A stretch of 64,000 nt of DNA, taken from positions 9,159-73,158 of the forward strand of contig DASRGE010000041.1 of assembly GCA_035651215.1 (NCBI GenBank). Direction: 5' to 3'. Shown here piece by piece: positions 1-11,302 of the stretch. The DNA comes from Bryobacteraceae bacterium. GTDB lineage: Bacteria; Acidobacteriota; Terriglobia; Bryobacterales; Bryobacteraceae. The position numbers and the translations under genes are program-made. The notes beneath the pieces are model-generated. The model made no database searches. It was given only the letters and a program-made list of their open reading frames with translations, and was not told the origin of the DNA. Every line of letters begins with the position of its first letter. Position 1 is the stretch's first letter.

Positions 1-14
1 ATCTCCGGTGTAGT

Positions 15-1208
15 GTGTGCGACAGCAGCGGCCGGTTGGAGCTGCACGACGGCTCGCTTTCGTGCCCCGCGTGCGGGGACCTGTTGGAGGTAGCTCTCGA
101 AAACCTGGCGGCCGAGCCGGCGCACCTGAAGAGGTGCTGGCTCGAACGGCGCACGTCGCATGCCCCGGAAAACGCCAGCGGCGTTTGGCGCTTTCGCGAA
201 TTTCTGCCGGAGTATCCTGCCGGTCAAATCGTTACGCTCTGCGAGGGCAACACGCCGCTCGTCCGCGCCCAACGAACCGCGGAATGGGCCGGTGTTCGCA
301 ATCTCTGGTTCAAGCATTTAGGTTGGAATCCGACCGGATCGTTCAAAGATCTCGGTATGACGGCCGGCATCACCGAAGCCAGGTTCACGGGAGCGAAAGT
401 CGTAGCCTGCGCTTCGACCGGCAACACCGCCGCATCCCTCGCTGCTTACGCCGCCCGAGCGGGGCTCACCGCGCGCGTCTATCTCCCCGCTGGACAGGCT
501 TCTCCCAATAAGCTGGCCCAGGCGCTCGATTTCGGCGCCGAAGTGGTTCAGATCGAGGGCAGCTTTGATGACGCGCTCGAAACCCTGCTCAAAAAAACCG
601 GCACCGACATCTACTTCCTGAACTCCATCAACCCGTTCCGCATCGAAGGTCAAAAGACCGCGATGTTCGAACTGCTCGAGCAGTTCAATTGGCGGGTTCC
701 CGATTATCTATTCGTGCCGGGCGGCAATCTCGGCAACTCCTCGGCCTTCGGAAAAGCGTTTGCGGAACTCGTACGTTTCGGGTTTATTGAAAAGCCTCCC
801 AAGATTGTCGTCGTTCAAGCCGAAGGCGCGAACCCGCTGGCCCGCATGTGGAGATCCGGCACACGCGAGCTACAGCCGGTTACGTCTCCGGAGACTGTCG
901 CCACGGCGATCCGCATCGGCAATCCCAAATCCTGGAAGAAAGCGTTGAAGGCCATCGAATCGAGTGGCGGCTTCGTCATGGATGTAACGGACGAAGAAAT
1001 CGGAGAGGCGAAATCGATGATCGGTCGCGATGGCATTGGCTGCGAGCCGGCTTCGGCGACTACGCTGGCCGGAATCCGGAAGCTCAAGCTCGATCGCGAT
1101 GCAACCATAGCCGCGATTCTCACCGGGCACGCGCTGAAAGACACGGACTACATCACAAAATTCCAGCAGAGCCGCGAATCGTATCAGACTTGTGCCTCCC
1201 GATCTTGA
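15..1208 (+). CDS. thrC: threonine synthase
   Basis: ORF starts at GTG 15, just after a stop. It has an N-terminal Cys-pair zinc-ribbon (CDSSG...CPACG), the PLP-lysine motif NPTGSFKDLGM and a GGNLGNSS loop typical of threonine synthase. Its 3' end overlaps the thrB start. Confidence 0.9.
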   Translation: MCDSSGRLELHDGSLSCPACGDLLEVALENLAAEPAHLKRCWLERRTSHAPENASGVWRFREFLPEYPAGQIVTLCEGNTPLVRAQRTAEWAGVRNLWFKHLGWNPTGSFKDLGMTAGITEARFTGAKVVACASTGNTAASLAAYAARAGLTARVYLPAGQASPNKLAQALDFGAEVVQIEGSFDDALETLLKKTGTDIYFLNSINPFRIEGQKTAMFELLEQFNWRVPDYLFVPGGNLGNSSAFGKAFAELVRFGFIEKPPKIVVVQAEGANPLARMWRSGTRELQPVTSPETVATAIRIGNPKSWKKALKAIESSGGFVMDVTDEEIGEAKSMIGRDGIGCEPASATTLAGIRKLKLDRDATIAAILTGHALKDTDYITKFQQSRESYQTCASRS

Positions 1209-2094
1209 AATCAGCGTGCCGGGCTCGATTGCCAATCTGGGCCCCGGCTTCGACACCCTGGCTGTTGCCGTCCAGCTTTATCTGCGCCTCGCGGTGACGG
1301 TTGGTCCGGGCGAAGGCGAGCTGCGGTTCCGTTTTCTCGATTGCAAACCAGACGGCGAAAACTACATCGAACGCGCCTTCCGCTTTTTAGCCAAGCAGCG
1401 CGCCGGCGAGTTCCCGTCGCTCTCTATCGACGTGTCCAGCGAGATACCTACCAAGGCCGGTCTGGGCAGCAGTGCCGCCGCGACGGTCGCAGGACTCCGG
1501 CTCTACGAAGCTATCGGCGGTCCGCTTCCGGAACAAGGACTGCTGAACGCCGCTTGCGCGCTGGAGGGCCATCCGGATAATGTGGCGGCGGCGCTGCTCG
1601 GCGGACTCACTGTCAGTTGCCAGCTTTCCGATAGGTCCTCCTACGCTGTTCAACTCCACTGGCCAGAATCTCTGCAGTTTCTCGTACTCACACCGGAGTT
1701 CGCATTGCCCACGGTGGCCTCCCGCAACGCGCTTCCCGAAAAGATCAGCCGCGAAGACGCCGTATTCAATATTCAGCGGGTCGCGCTGTTTCTGCAGGTG
1801 GTTCAAACCGGAAACTATTCGCTGCTTCGCGAGGCCCTGCACGATCGTCTGCATCAGCCATTCCGCCAGAGACTAGTTCCCGGGTTGGAGCGAGCCTTGG
1901 CGTTAGAACATCCTCATCTGCTGGGCGTCTGCCTGAGTGGCGCTGGACCGTCGATCGTCGCCATCGCAGAAAAAAACTTCGACGAAATCGAACGGCTTCT
2001 CGAACGAAGTTTCCTTCCAACTGGCCTGCCCTTCCGAATTCGCAGACTTTGCGCGCATCAAGCGGTGGGGCACACGATCTTGTCGTCCGCCTGA
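1192..2094 (+). CDS. thrB: homoserine kinase
   Basis: GHMP-kinase motifs are present: NLGPGFD near the N-terminus and PTKAGLGSSAAA (ATP-binding motif). It overlaps thrC by 17 nt. Confidence 0.9.
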   Translation: MPPDLEISVPGSIANLGPGFDTLAVAVQLYLRLAVTVGPGEGELRFRFLDCKPDGENYIERAFRFLAKQRAGEFPSLSIDVSSEIPTKAGLGSSAAATVAGLRLYEAIGGPLPEQGLLNAACALEGHPDNVAAALLGGLTVSCQLSDRSSYAVQLHWPESLQFLVLTPEFALPTVASRNALPEKISREDAVFNIQRVALFLQVVQTGNYSLLREALHDRLHQPFRQRLVPGLERALALEHPHLLGVCLSGAGPSIVAIAEKNFDEIERLLERSFLPTGLPFRIRRLCAHQAVGHTILSSA

Positions 2095-3494
2095 GCCGCT
2101 TTCCCCATCCCGCACTCTTTGTGTACGGCCCGGACAGCGCGGTCCAAATGATCCAGGCGTACCACGATGCCGATGGTCAACTCGCTCGATCCCTGCGCAA
2201 TGGCGATGATGTTGATCTTTTCGCGTGAGATTGCGGTGAAGACACGCCCCGCAAGTCCCGGCGTGCCTCGCATCCCTTCACCGACCACAGCGAGTAACCC
2301 GACATTCTCGTCCACTTCAATCGGCTTGAGATATCCATGTGCCAGTTCGATTGAAAGGTTCGCTTCGAGCGCTTCCAAGGCCGCCGTCACGTCCTGCCTG
2401 CGAATGAGGAAACAGAAACTCTGCCGGTAGCTGGAGCTGGTAAACACCAGAATCTCGACGTTCGCGAGGGCGAGGGCATCCAAAGCGCGCGCCATCAAAC
2501 GCGTTCCGCTCAGCGTGGAGTTGGCCGGCTCCATCGAGATCAGCGCCACGTTTGACATCGAGGTGACTGCTCGCGCGCCTTTCGGCTCGTCGAAGCGCGA
2601 GACAATTTTCGTTCCGGGCTTCTCCGGGGCAAAGCTGTTTTTGCTCCAGACCGGAATCTGTTTTTCCACCAGCGGAGCCAGCGTGCGCGGATGCAGGACT
2701 TTCGCTCCGTTGTAGGCCAGTTCGGCCGCCTCCGCATACGTTACTTCGTCCAGTACGGCCACGTCGGACACGAGGCGCGGGTCCGCGGTCATGATTCCGT
2801 CGACATCGGTCCAGATCCAAAGCTCGTCGGCATCCATCGCCGCGGCCAGAATCGAAGCCGAAAAATCGGATCCACCGCGGCCCAGCGTCGTAGTCCGCCC
2901 GTCGACTGTCGCGCCATTGAATCCGGTAATCACCGGTACAATGCCTTGTTCAATGAGGGGCTGTAGCCGCTGCTGGCATTTTTCGCGTGTTAAGTCCATG
3001 AGCGGCGAGGCATTGCCGAAGACTGCGTCCGTCACGATCAGGTCGCTGCCATTCACAGCTCGCGCGGGGATGCCGGTCGCTTCCAAATAACGTGCCAGCA
3101 GGACCGATGACAGCCGTTCCCCGATGGCAATGGCTTCGTCCACGGACCGCGGCGGACGTTCTCCCAGCATCAAAATTCCATTGGCGATGCGCTGAAATTC
3201 CGCCACAAGCCCCTTCACTTCCTCGTGAGCCGGCCCGTCCCCGAACAGGTCTTTGCACGCATCCACGTGCCGTTCCAGCAAGGTTTGAAGGCTCGCATCT
3301 ACCGCCGCCCGATCGCCCAGCTCGGCGCGCCGCAGCGTCTCGAGCAGCAAATCCGTCACCTTTGACATCGCGGAAACCACTACCACCAGGTTCGAATGAG
3401 GCCGTTCACGGGCGATGATGTCGCGCGCTGCGCGCATCCGGCCGGCGCTCCCCATGCTGGTGCCGCCGAACTTCATGGCTAACAAGTTTTTCAA
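2058..3494 (-). CDS. aspartate kinase
   Basis: The N-terminus carries the MKFGGTSMG kinase signature and VVVSAMSKVTD. The C-terminal half resembles a duplicated ACT regulatory region. Length is 478 aa. It converges on thrB with a 37-nt 3' overlap. Confidence 0.9.
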   Translation of the reverse strand: MKNLLAMKFGGTSMGSAGRMRAARDIIARERPHSNLVVVVSAMSKVTDLLLETLRRAELGDRAAVDASLQTLLERHVDACKDLFGDGPAHEEVKGLVAEFQRIANGILMLGERPPRSVDEAIAIGERLSSVLLARYLEATGIPARAVNGSDLIVTDAVFGNASPLMDLTREKCQQRLQPLIEQGIVPVITGFNGATVDGRTTTLGRGGSDFSASILAAAMDADELWIWTDVDGIMTADPRLVSDVAVLDEVTYAEAAELAYNGAKVLHPRTLAPLVEKQIPVWSKNSFAPEKPGTKIVSRFDEPKGARAVTSMSNVALISMEPANSTLSGTRLMARALDALALANVEILVFTSSSYRQSFCFLIRRQDVTAALEALEANLSIELAHGYLKPIEVDENVGLLAVVGEGMRGTPGLAGRVFTAISREKINIIAIAQGSSELTIGIVVRLDHLDRAVRAVHKECGMGKAAQADDKIVCPTA

Positions 3495-3548
3495 AGCAGT
3501 CGTCCCAAGCTTTAGCAGTACACGGAAAGGCTTGCAGTTGGCCAGCCG

Positions 3549-3586
3549 ACTGTGTAATTATTCATAGTAGTGAATAAAGATTCACA
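3549..3586 (+). promoter_or_regulatory. tandem ARG boxes (ArgR operator) upstream of argF
   Basis: The two sites are ACTGTGTAATTATTCATA (3549-3566) and AGTGAATAAAGATTCACA (3569-3586), 2 nt apart. The second fits the consensus wnTGAATwwwwATTCAnw at every fixed position. They lie between a TTGCAG -35-like hexamer (3532-3537) and the AGGAGG SD (3586-3591) of argF. argR is encoded in the same operon. Confidence 0.7.
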
Positions 3587-3598
3587 GGAGGTATTTTA

Positions 3599-4540
3599 GT
3601 GGCCGCTTCCGTCTATCAGCCAGCATCCCATGCTCCGGGAATCAGCCTCCGTCATGACCTGGATCTTTCCACGGAACAGCTCCAGGGTTTGTTGGATTTA
3701 ACCCAGCACGTCAAGCAGTTCCGGCCCCGCTACGCGTCGGCGCTCAAGGGGCGTTATCTGAGCCTTCTGTTCGAGAAGCCGTCGCTCCGAACCCGAATGA
3801 CGTTCGAACTCGCGATTAAACAGCTTGGGGGCGATTGCGTGGTGCAAACCGGTATGATTGGCGATCGCGAGCCGCTGAAAGATGTCGCACGGAACCTGGC
3901 ACGCTGGACGGATGCGATTGTGGCCCGGACCTTTGAGCAATCGACAATTGACGAGCTGGCGCGCTGGTCCGGTCTTCCTGTGATAAACGCTCTTAGCGAT
4001 CTCTATCATCCGTGCCAGGCGTTGGCCGACATGTTCACGCTAAAAGAACATGCGGGCCGCCTGCGTGGATTGAAGCTCGCCTATGTAGGAGACGGCAATA
4101 ACGTGGCGCATTCGCTGGTGCTGTGCTGCTCCCGGCTCGGCATTCACTTTTCGATTGCCACGCCCGCCGGTTACGGGCCGAACGCGAAGATCGTCGCCCA
4201 AGCGCGACAGTTCGCGAAAGCTTCCGGTTCCGAAATTGAAATCCTGCAAGACCCCTTAGAAGCGGTTCGATCTGCCGATGCAGTGTATACCGATGTCTGG
4301 GCCAGCATGGGACAGGAATCTGAAGCGGAAGAGCGAAAGAAATTGTTTGCGGCATACCAGGTAAACGAAGAGCTTCTCGCGCAGGCGCGAAACGGGGCGT
4401 ATTTCATGCACTGCCTGCCTGCGAAGCGCGGGCTCGAAGTAACGGATGCGGTCATGGAATCGCCGCAATCGATTGCTTTCGATCAGGCCGAAAACCGCCT
4501 GCACGTGCAAAAGGCGCTGTTGTTGACCGTGCTGCAATAG
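3599..4540 (+). CDS. argF: ornithine carbamoyltransferase
   Basis: GTG start 7 nt after AGGAGG. Motifs present: SLRTRMTFE (carbamoyl-phosphate site), HPCQALAD, DVWASMG and HCLPA. Confidence 0.9.
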   Translation: MAASVYQPASHAPGISLRHDLDLSTEQLQGLLDLTQHVKQFRPRYASALKGRYLSLLFEKPSLRTRMTFELAIKQLGGDCVVQTGMIGDREPLKDVARNLARWTDAIVARTFEQSTIDELARWSGLPVINALSDLYHPCQALADMFTLKEHAGRLRGLKLAYVGDGNNVAHSLVLCCSRLGIHFSIATPAGYGPNAKIVAQARQFAKASGSEIEILQDPLEAVRSADAVYTDVWASMGQESEAEERKKLFAAYQVNEELLAQARNGAYFMHCLPAKRGLEVTDAVMESPQSIAFDQAENRLHVQKALLLTVLQ

Positions 4541-4559
4541 CCGGTCACAAAACTTCTCA

Positions 4560-5771
4560 ATGAACAAAGTAAACGCAAAGAAAGTAGCACTCGCCTATTC
4601 GGGCGGGCTTGACACCTCCATCATCATTCCGTGGCTCAAAGAAAACTATCAGTGCGAAGTAGTCGCGGTGTGCGGGGACATCGGACAGGGCGGGGAAGAG
4701 CTCGACGGCCTCCGCGAAAAAGCCCTGAAAACCGGAGCCTCCGAAGTTTATGTCGAGGACATGCGCGAAGAGTTCGTCACCGATTACCTTTGGAAGCTGG
4801 TCCGCTCCGGCGCGGTTTACGAACATAAGTATCTGCTGGGCACATCCATCGCGCGTCCCCTGCTCGCGAAGCGCCAGGCGGAAGTTGCGCTCCGGACCGG
4901 CTGCGACGCGCTGGCACATGGCTGCACCGGTAAAGGCAACGATCAGGTTCGGTTTGAACTTACTTACAAGGCCATCGCTCCGCAGCTTCCGGTGATCGCC
5001 CCCTGGCGCGAGTGGGACATCGTATCGCGTGAAGATGCCATCGAGTACGCGAAAATCCACAAGGTGCCGATCGCGCAATCCACGACCAAGATCTACAGCC
5101 GCGACCGCAACATCTGGCACATCTCGCACGAAGGCGGTGAGCTCGAAGATCCTGCCAATGCGGCTCCTGAGCACATCTGGATGCTGAGCAAGAGCCCCGC
5201 CGATGCTCCTTCGAGGCCCGCCGAGGTAACAATTGGTTTCAACAGCGGTATCCCGGTCGCACTCAACGGCCAAGCACAACTGAGCGGCGTCGCTCTCTTA
5301 GAGCAACTGAACCAGATTGGCGGCGAGCATGGCATCGGCCGAATCGATCTGGTCGAAAACCGCTTCGTTGGCATGAAATCGCGCGGCTGCTACGAAACGC
5401 CCGGCGGTACGATTCTGATGGCCGCTGTTCGCGAACTCGAAGCTCTCACACTCGACCGCACCACACTGCATTACAAACAGAAAGTGGCGCTCGATTACGC
5501 CGAGATGGTCTACAACGGCCTGTGGTTCACGCCTTTGCGCGAAGGGCTCGATGCCTTCTTCGCAAAGATCGCCGAGCCCGTCACCGGCGAAGTCACGCTG
5601 CGGTTATACAAGGGCAATCTGGAACCGGTCAGCCGCAAGAGCCCGAACTCGCTCTACAACCTAGATATCGCCAGCTTCACCATGGGAGCGGGTTACGACC
5701 AGAAGGACGCCTTGGGATTCATCAACCTGATCGGGCTTCCCATCAAAGTGAGGGCATTGATCGGAAAGTGA
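4560..5771 (+). CDS. argG: argininosuccinate synthase
   Basis: N-terminal AYSGGLDTS ATP-pyrophosphatase motif. Length is 403 aa, with the typical ...GCTGKGNDQVRFE... segment. Confidence 0.95.
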   Translation: MNKVNAKKVALAYSGGLDTSIIIPWLKENYQCEVVAVCGDIGQGGEELDGLREKALKTGASEVYVEDMREEFVTDYLWKLVRSGAVYEHKYLLGTSIARPLLAKRQAEVALRTGCDALAHGCTGKGNDQVRFELTYKAIAPQLPVIAPWREWDIVSREDAIEYAKIHKVPIAQSTTKIYSRDRNIWHISHEGGELEDPANAAPEHIWMLSKSPADAPSRPAEVTIGFNSGIPVALNGQAQLSGVALLEQLNQIGGEHGIGRIDLVENRFVGMKSRGCYETPGGTILMAAVRELEALTLDRTTLHYKQKVALDYAEMVYNGLWFTPLREGLDAFFAKIAEPVTGEVTLRLYKGNLEPVSRKSPNSLYNLDIASFTMGAGYDQKDALGFINLIGLPIKVRALIGK

Positions 5772-5776
5772 GCGGT

Positions 5777-7155
<1,379 letters not shown>

Positions 7156-7159
<4 letters not shown>

Positions 7160-7590
7160 ACAAAAACTTCCGTCAAGGCCAGATCCTCAAAATCATCCGC
7201 AGCAAAGATATCTTCACGCAGGATGAGCTCGCGCGGGAGCTTAGCCAGCTCGGAATTCAAACCACTCAAGTCACTTTGTCGCGGGACATGCGCGAACTGG
7301 GTCTGGTCAAAACGCCCGAAGGCTACCGGCAGCTTCCCACGGAAGCGCCGCACGATGATCTTGGGAATGTGGCGAACGAACTTCTTCAGGATCTCCGAGT
7401 CGCGCAAAATCTGGTTGTGCTCCGCACATCTCCGGGAAATGCCAACTCGCTTGCCATCGCCATCGACCACGAAGAACTGCCTGAAGTGGTCGGTACGGTG
7501 GCCGGTGACGACACCGTCCTCGTCATAACACCGGATAGCGAGAGCGCCGCCCGATTCCGGCAGCACATCTTCGGCCTGATTTCGAGCTAA
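7156..7590 (+). CDS. argR: arginine repressor
   Basis: 144 aa. The N-terminal winged-helix segment is (QGQILKIIRSKDIFTQDELARELSQLGIQTTQVTLSRDMRELGLVK). The C-terminal oligomerisation segment contains GTVAGDDTVLV. It shares an ATGA overlap with the argH stop. Confidence 0.9.
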
Positions 7591-7601
7591 ATTGGCGTTG
7601 A

Positions 7602-8519
7602 ATGGAACGCCGCAGTTTTCTTGGAACCGCTCTTTCGGCGCTGGCCGCCTCTGGACAGACTCCCACAACGACTCCGGTCTTTATCGAACGCGCTCAGGAA
7701 GGCACGCCCTCCCGCGGCAAGATTCTCGCGCTGATCACGCCGCACCTGGATGACGGGCCTATTTTTGCGGGCGGTACTCTCGCAAAGCTCCTGCGCGAAG
7801 GATACACGGGCTATTTCATTCGCACGAGCAACGATGAAAAGGACTCGTACCGACTGACACTTGGAGAAACGGTGCTTGCTAACGAGAGGGATACCGCATC
7901 GTTTCTGAAAACAACCGGACTGAAGCGATGCTTCGATCTGAGCTATCGCAACCACCGGATGGACGATCTTTCGCGGACCGAACTGCGCGCCCGCCTGATC
8001 TTCCTGTTTCGAATTCTCAAAGTGGACACCGTGCTGAGCTATGATCCTTGGGGTCACTACGAAGAGAATCCGGATCATTATGTAACCGCCCAAGCCGTCG
8101 AAGCGGCCTGTTGGATGGCCGGGGGAAATCTCGACTACCCGGAGCACTTTGAGGCCGGCCTAAAGCCCCACGGTGTTTCCGAGAAATATTACTTCGCGCG
8201 CGGACCGCAACTAGTCAACCGGGTCGTCGATATCGGTCCCGTTCTGGCGGAAAAGGCCGCAGCAATCGCCTCCTGCAAGACCATGATCACGCACATGATC
8301 AAAGATCTGAACGATTCGCTTGCCGAGCGAAAGCTCCGACTGCCGCAACTCGCGGAAGCCGATGCTTCGGCCGTCCAGGAGTTTATTCGCGCCGCTTTTC
8401 AGGCGCGCGATTACTTGACCGGTTCCAAGTATGGGCTGGCGTACGCGGAAGAGTTTCACTACATCGGGCCGGATCGGTCGCTGGAGGATTACATCTCGAA
8501 AAACGCCGTTCCAATCTGA
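7602..8519 (+). CDS. PIG-L/LmbE family deacetylase, probably exported
   Basis: An ITPHLDDGP motif (PxHxDD zinc site) follows a twin-arginine-like N-terminus (MERRSFLGTALSALAASG). Confidence 0.75.
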   Translation: MERRSFLGTALSALAASGQTPTTTPVFIERAQEGTPSRGKILALITPHLDDGPIFAGGTLAKLLREGYTGYFIRTSNDEKDSYRLTLGETVLANERDTASFLKTTGLKRCFDLSYRNHRMDDLSRTELRARLIFLFRILKVDTVLSYDPWGHYEENPDHYVTAQAVEAACWMAGGNLDYPEHFEAGLKPHGVSEKYYFARGPQLVNRVVDIGPVLAEKAAAIASCKTMITHMIKDLNDSLAERKLRLPQLAEADASAVQEFIRAAFQARDYLTGSKYGLAYAEEFHYIGPDRSLEDYISKNAVPI

Positions 8520-8543
8520 AGCGCTTTTTGGGTCCCCTGAATT

Positions 8544-8561
8544 GCTGGGCTCGGGCCCAGC
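8544..8561. terminator. GC-rich hairpin between convergent genes
   Basis: GCTGGGC-tcgg-GCCCAGC forms a 7-bp stem in the 92-nt spacer between the PIG-L and holA 3' ends. There is no clear U-tract. Confidence 0.3.
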
Positions 8562-8611
8562 GCAGGCTGGCACCGCCCCACATAAAGGGAGTTTTAACTC
8601 AGAGCACTAGC

Positions 8612-9661
8612 CTAGGTTTTCGCGGTCAACGCCAGGATCAGCGTTTCCATTACAACGCGGTCGTCGCGATAGCCGTCGCGGAATTTCTTGTCTGTTTCGT
8701 AGATCATCGCGACTGCTTTGGTCAGATGCTCGCGCGTGAAGGCGCCGGACGTTTGCATGACCTGCTCGGCGCGATCGCGCCAGATCCGGACACCGATTTT
8801 CGTGAAAAACGCGACGGCCTGCTGCGGCGAGTTCAGGCGCGCTTCTTTTGCGGCCAAGGCCAGGCGGAATTGGGCACTCAGGAAGGTGAGCGCGAGGGGC
8901 AGGTACTCGCCTTCGCGCATGAGTATGTCGAGCGAGCGCAACGCTCCCGCGCGGTCGCGTTTTCCGAGCGCATTCACCAGCGCGAAAATCGTGCTTTGCG
9001 CGGCGTTGGAGACAAGCACACGCAGATCGTCCATGCTGACGGGCCGCTCTTTCCCGGTAAAGAGAGCGAGCTTGTCGATCTCCGCCGATAAACGGTTGGC
9101 ATCGCCCCCGACAGCGTCGAGCAGCGCAGCGAGCTCCGCTCCGCCGATCCGCAGACCTTGTTTCTTCGCGAGTTCCTGCGCCAGGAACCGGATCGATTCG
9201 GGGGAGAATTGCCGGAACTCTACAACCTCGGGGATAGCAGCATAAAATTGCTGCACGCGTTCGAGTTTGGGCTTATCGTCTCCCGTGAAGTCGAACCGGC
9301 TGCATTCGAAGACAATGACCGTGTTGGGTGTAGGGCGTTTCAAGTAAGCCTTCAGGGCGGCTTCGGTTGGACGCTCTGTTTCTTGCGTGCTGCGAGGAAG
9401 AGCGAGCTCGGCGCCGCACACCCAGATCACGCGATCCTGCGAGAACAGCGAGAGAGAACAAGCGTCGTCTAAAATCTCGGAGAGCGTCGTATTCTCCAGA
9501 TCCGTTTGTACGAAGCCATCGTTGCGCGCTTCTCCAGGCAGCAGGCGATCGAGCAGAGCGTTCTTACAAAGCCGCCGTTGATACCCTTCCTGCCCGAGAA
9601 ACAGATAGACGGGCGCAGGGGGCCGCTTCGCAACTTGCGCCAGGAACTGTTCCGGAGACAT
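8612..9661 (-). CDS. holA: DNA polymerase III subunit delta
   Basis: 349 aa. The N-terminus PPAPVYLFLGQEGY is typical of HolA. The gene sits directly downstream of an LptE-like gene, which is the conserved lptE-holA arrangement. Confidence 0.85.
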   Translation of the reverse strand: MSPEQFLAQVAKRPPAPVYLFLGQEGYQRRLCKNALLDRLLPGEARNDGFVQTDLENTTLSEILDDACSLSLFSQDRVIWVCGAELALPRSTQETERPTEAALKAYLKRPTPNTVIVFECSRFDFTGDDKPKLERVQQFYAAIPEVVEFRQFSPESIRFLAQELAKKQGLRIGGAELAALLDAVGGDANRLSAEIDKLALFTGKERPVSMDDLRVLVSNAAQSTIFALVNALGKRDRAGALRSLDILMREGEYLPLALTFLSAQFRLALAAKEARLNSPQQAVAFFTKIGVRIWRDRAEQVMQTSGAFTREHLTKAVAMIYETDKKFRDGYRDDRVVMETLILALTAKT

Positions 9662-9679
9662 GCTGCTTCACCTAAATCC

Positions 9680-10282
9680 TTAGAAGTTTTCGACCACCGA
9701 GCTCACAATATCGCTGGCCAGATCGCGGCCCAGGCGGTCTACGGCGGGACCGCTCTCATCGATAAATTGATGCGGGTCGGAGGCAATCTGATATCGTTCC
9801 CGCATAAACCAGCCTGCTCGCGAATACAGGAGCCGGCCGGTCGCGCGCTCGCGCAAGTTGATCGTTAGAACCACAGTGATCGATACCGCGCTGGCCCGGC
9901 TCGTGGTCGGGTCGAACACCACGGGACCGACGCTCACGCTGTTCAGAGTGCCATTCAACACGGCATCCGCCACATTGGGATCGTCGACGATGCGGAATCT
10001 GGTCCGAGCGTTAAATTCACGGCCAATCTGTTGGGGCAACAGATCCGCGAGCTTGTAATGCATCGAGAGAGTGCTGAATTGGGGGATGGCGATGGTGTGG
10101 ACGCCTTTGGGCATCAGGTCGGCTTTGCCACCGAAGTGATAGCCGCAGGAAGATAATGAAAGGGCAGCCACGAGGATGCTGAGTGGGCGCCGGGGCAGCC
10201 CAAGCGTCCCGAGGAGTCGGGACGCGGTAGCCTGAGAGGCCGCGCCACGTAAACAAGTACACCACGCCAAGCGCCGGCTCAC
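9680..10282 (-). CDS. lptE: LPS-assembly lipoprotein LptE-like
   Basis: A lipobox (LSLSSC) is followed by GYHF, as in LptE/RlpB. Length is about 200 aa. It lies immediately upstream of holA, and its GTG start overlaps the upstream stop (GTGA). Confidence 0.6.
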   Translation of the reverse strand: MSRRLAWCTCLRGAASQATASRLLGTLGLPRRPLSILVAALSLSSCGYHFGGKADLMPKGVHTIAIPQFSTLSMHYKLADLLPQQIGREFNARTRFRIVDDPNVADAVLNGTLNSVSVGPVVFDPTTSRASAVSITVVLTINLRERATGRLLYSRAGWFMRERYQIASDPHQFIDESGPAVDRLGRDLASDIVSSVVENF

Positions 10283-11295
10283 GCTTCGTCGCTCCTTAGG
10301 GCGCTGACCAGGTCGGCTGCGGCATCGGCGGTCAGGCGTAAATTGTCACCAACGATCCACAGCCAGGCGGCGCGCGGGTTATTTGGATCGATACGGACAT
10401 CTCCCGCAATTAATCCGCTTTGACTTGCCACACCGACGCTGTTTGGGGCTTCCTCCTGCTGGCCGCGCACCTCGATCTGCGCGGAGGCGAGCGCCTCCCC
10501 AATCTGGGGAGCGGCGATGTCGGCCTGGAACTCGATCCACAGTGAAATGCTGTAGCCGTGAAAAACCGGAGCTTGAATCAGGCGCAAGGACGGCATCGGA
10601 ATGGCTGCCGTTTGTTCCGTGTGGCTCAGAACGGTCGCCAGATCGCGTTCAATGCGCTGCTCGGTATGCGATAGTTTCTCCGGAGCTTGCTCGCCGTATT
10701 GCGAGAGTAGATTAAAGCTGAGTTGTGCATCGAATACGTTTTTGTCGAGTGATCGGAACGCGAGCAGACTGGTGGTCTGCTGATGCAGCTCCGATACGCC
10801 TCGCTTGCCGCGTTCGCTCGCAGGTTCGAATACGTGCGCAATGGCCTGCCGGATAGGACGGTAATTTGCCAGTCTCTTCAGAACCAAGCTGAGAGCGCTC
10901 GCAGCCGGATGCGCGATGATGACGAGCCAATTTCCATTGGTGATTGATTCGCCTGCAAGTGGAGCAACGATACGCGCCTCGGGTTGATTCTCGAGGTGTC
11001 CCGTGCAATCGATTACGAGGAGACGGCTGCCCGCCTGTTTCGCGAGATCGTAAGCCTTGAGCGCCCCTTCGGGCGAGCCCGCAACGAGGATGGCGGCAAA
11101 GCCTCGGACCGCCTCTGCATCGAGCGGCTGCACATAGACCGCTTCGCCCTCCTGCTCACCAAAGTTACCGGCCCCACTGGCGGCGAACGTGCTCACTAGT
11201 GCGTCTTTGGCGCGGTCTTTCAAAACGTCTTCCAGTTCGCGTCCAAGCAACGTCTCTGCGCCGACCAGGGCCAACTTCACGGGTTTCGTTTTCAA
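10279..11295 (-). CDS. aspartate-semialdehyde dehydrogenase-fold protein (Asd/USG-1-like) lacking the catalytic Cys, with Tyr in place of the GHS histidine
   Basis: It is collinear with Asd: KLALVGAETLLG (Rossmann start), IIAHPAASAL in place of IIANPNCST, EPASERGKRGVSEL, PVFHGYS in place of ..GHS, and WLWIVGDNL. The start is uncertain. ATG 11400 would overlap pssA by 98 nt. TTG 11295 or GTG 11280 lie just after the pssA stop. Confidence 0.7.
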   Translation of the reverse strand: MKTKPVKLALVGAETLLGRELEDVLKDRAKDALVSTFAASGAGNFGEQEGEAVYVQPLDAEAVRGFAAILVAGSPEGALKAYDLAKQAGSRLLVIDCTGHLENQPEARIVAPLAGESITNGNWLVIIAHPAASALSLVLKRLANYRPIRQAIAHVFEPASERGKRGVSELHQQTTSLLAFRSLDKNVFDAQLSFNLLSQYGEQAPEKLSHTEQRIERDLATVLSHTEQTAAIPMPSLRLIQAPVFHGYSISLWIEFQADIAAPQIGEALASAQIEVRGQQEEAPNSVGVASQSGLIAGDVRIDPNNPRAAWLWIVGDNLRLTADAAADLVSALRSDEA

Positions 11296-11302
11296 CTGTG
11301 CT

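Noticed and set aside
5522-5776. N-terminal extensions of tracked ORFs. These are argH from 5522, the CstB-like gene from 12785, SUOX from 14362, ACAD from 36718, uvrA from 49370, the TldE-like gene from 55624 and LptFG from 57419.
   Set aside because: The extensions overlap the preceding gene and look like out-of-frame translation. In each case an in-frame start just after the upstream stop gives the canonical family N-terminus.
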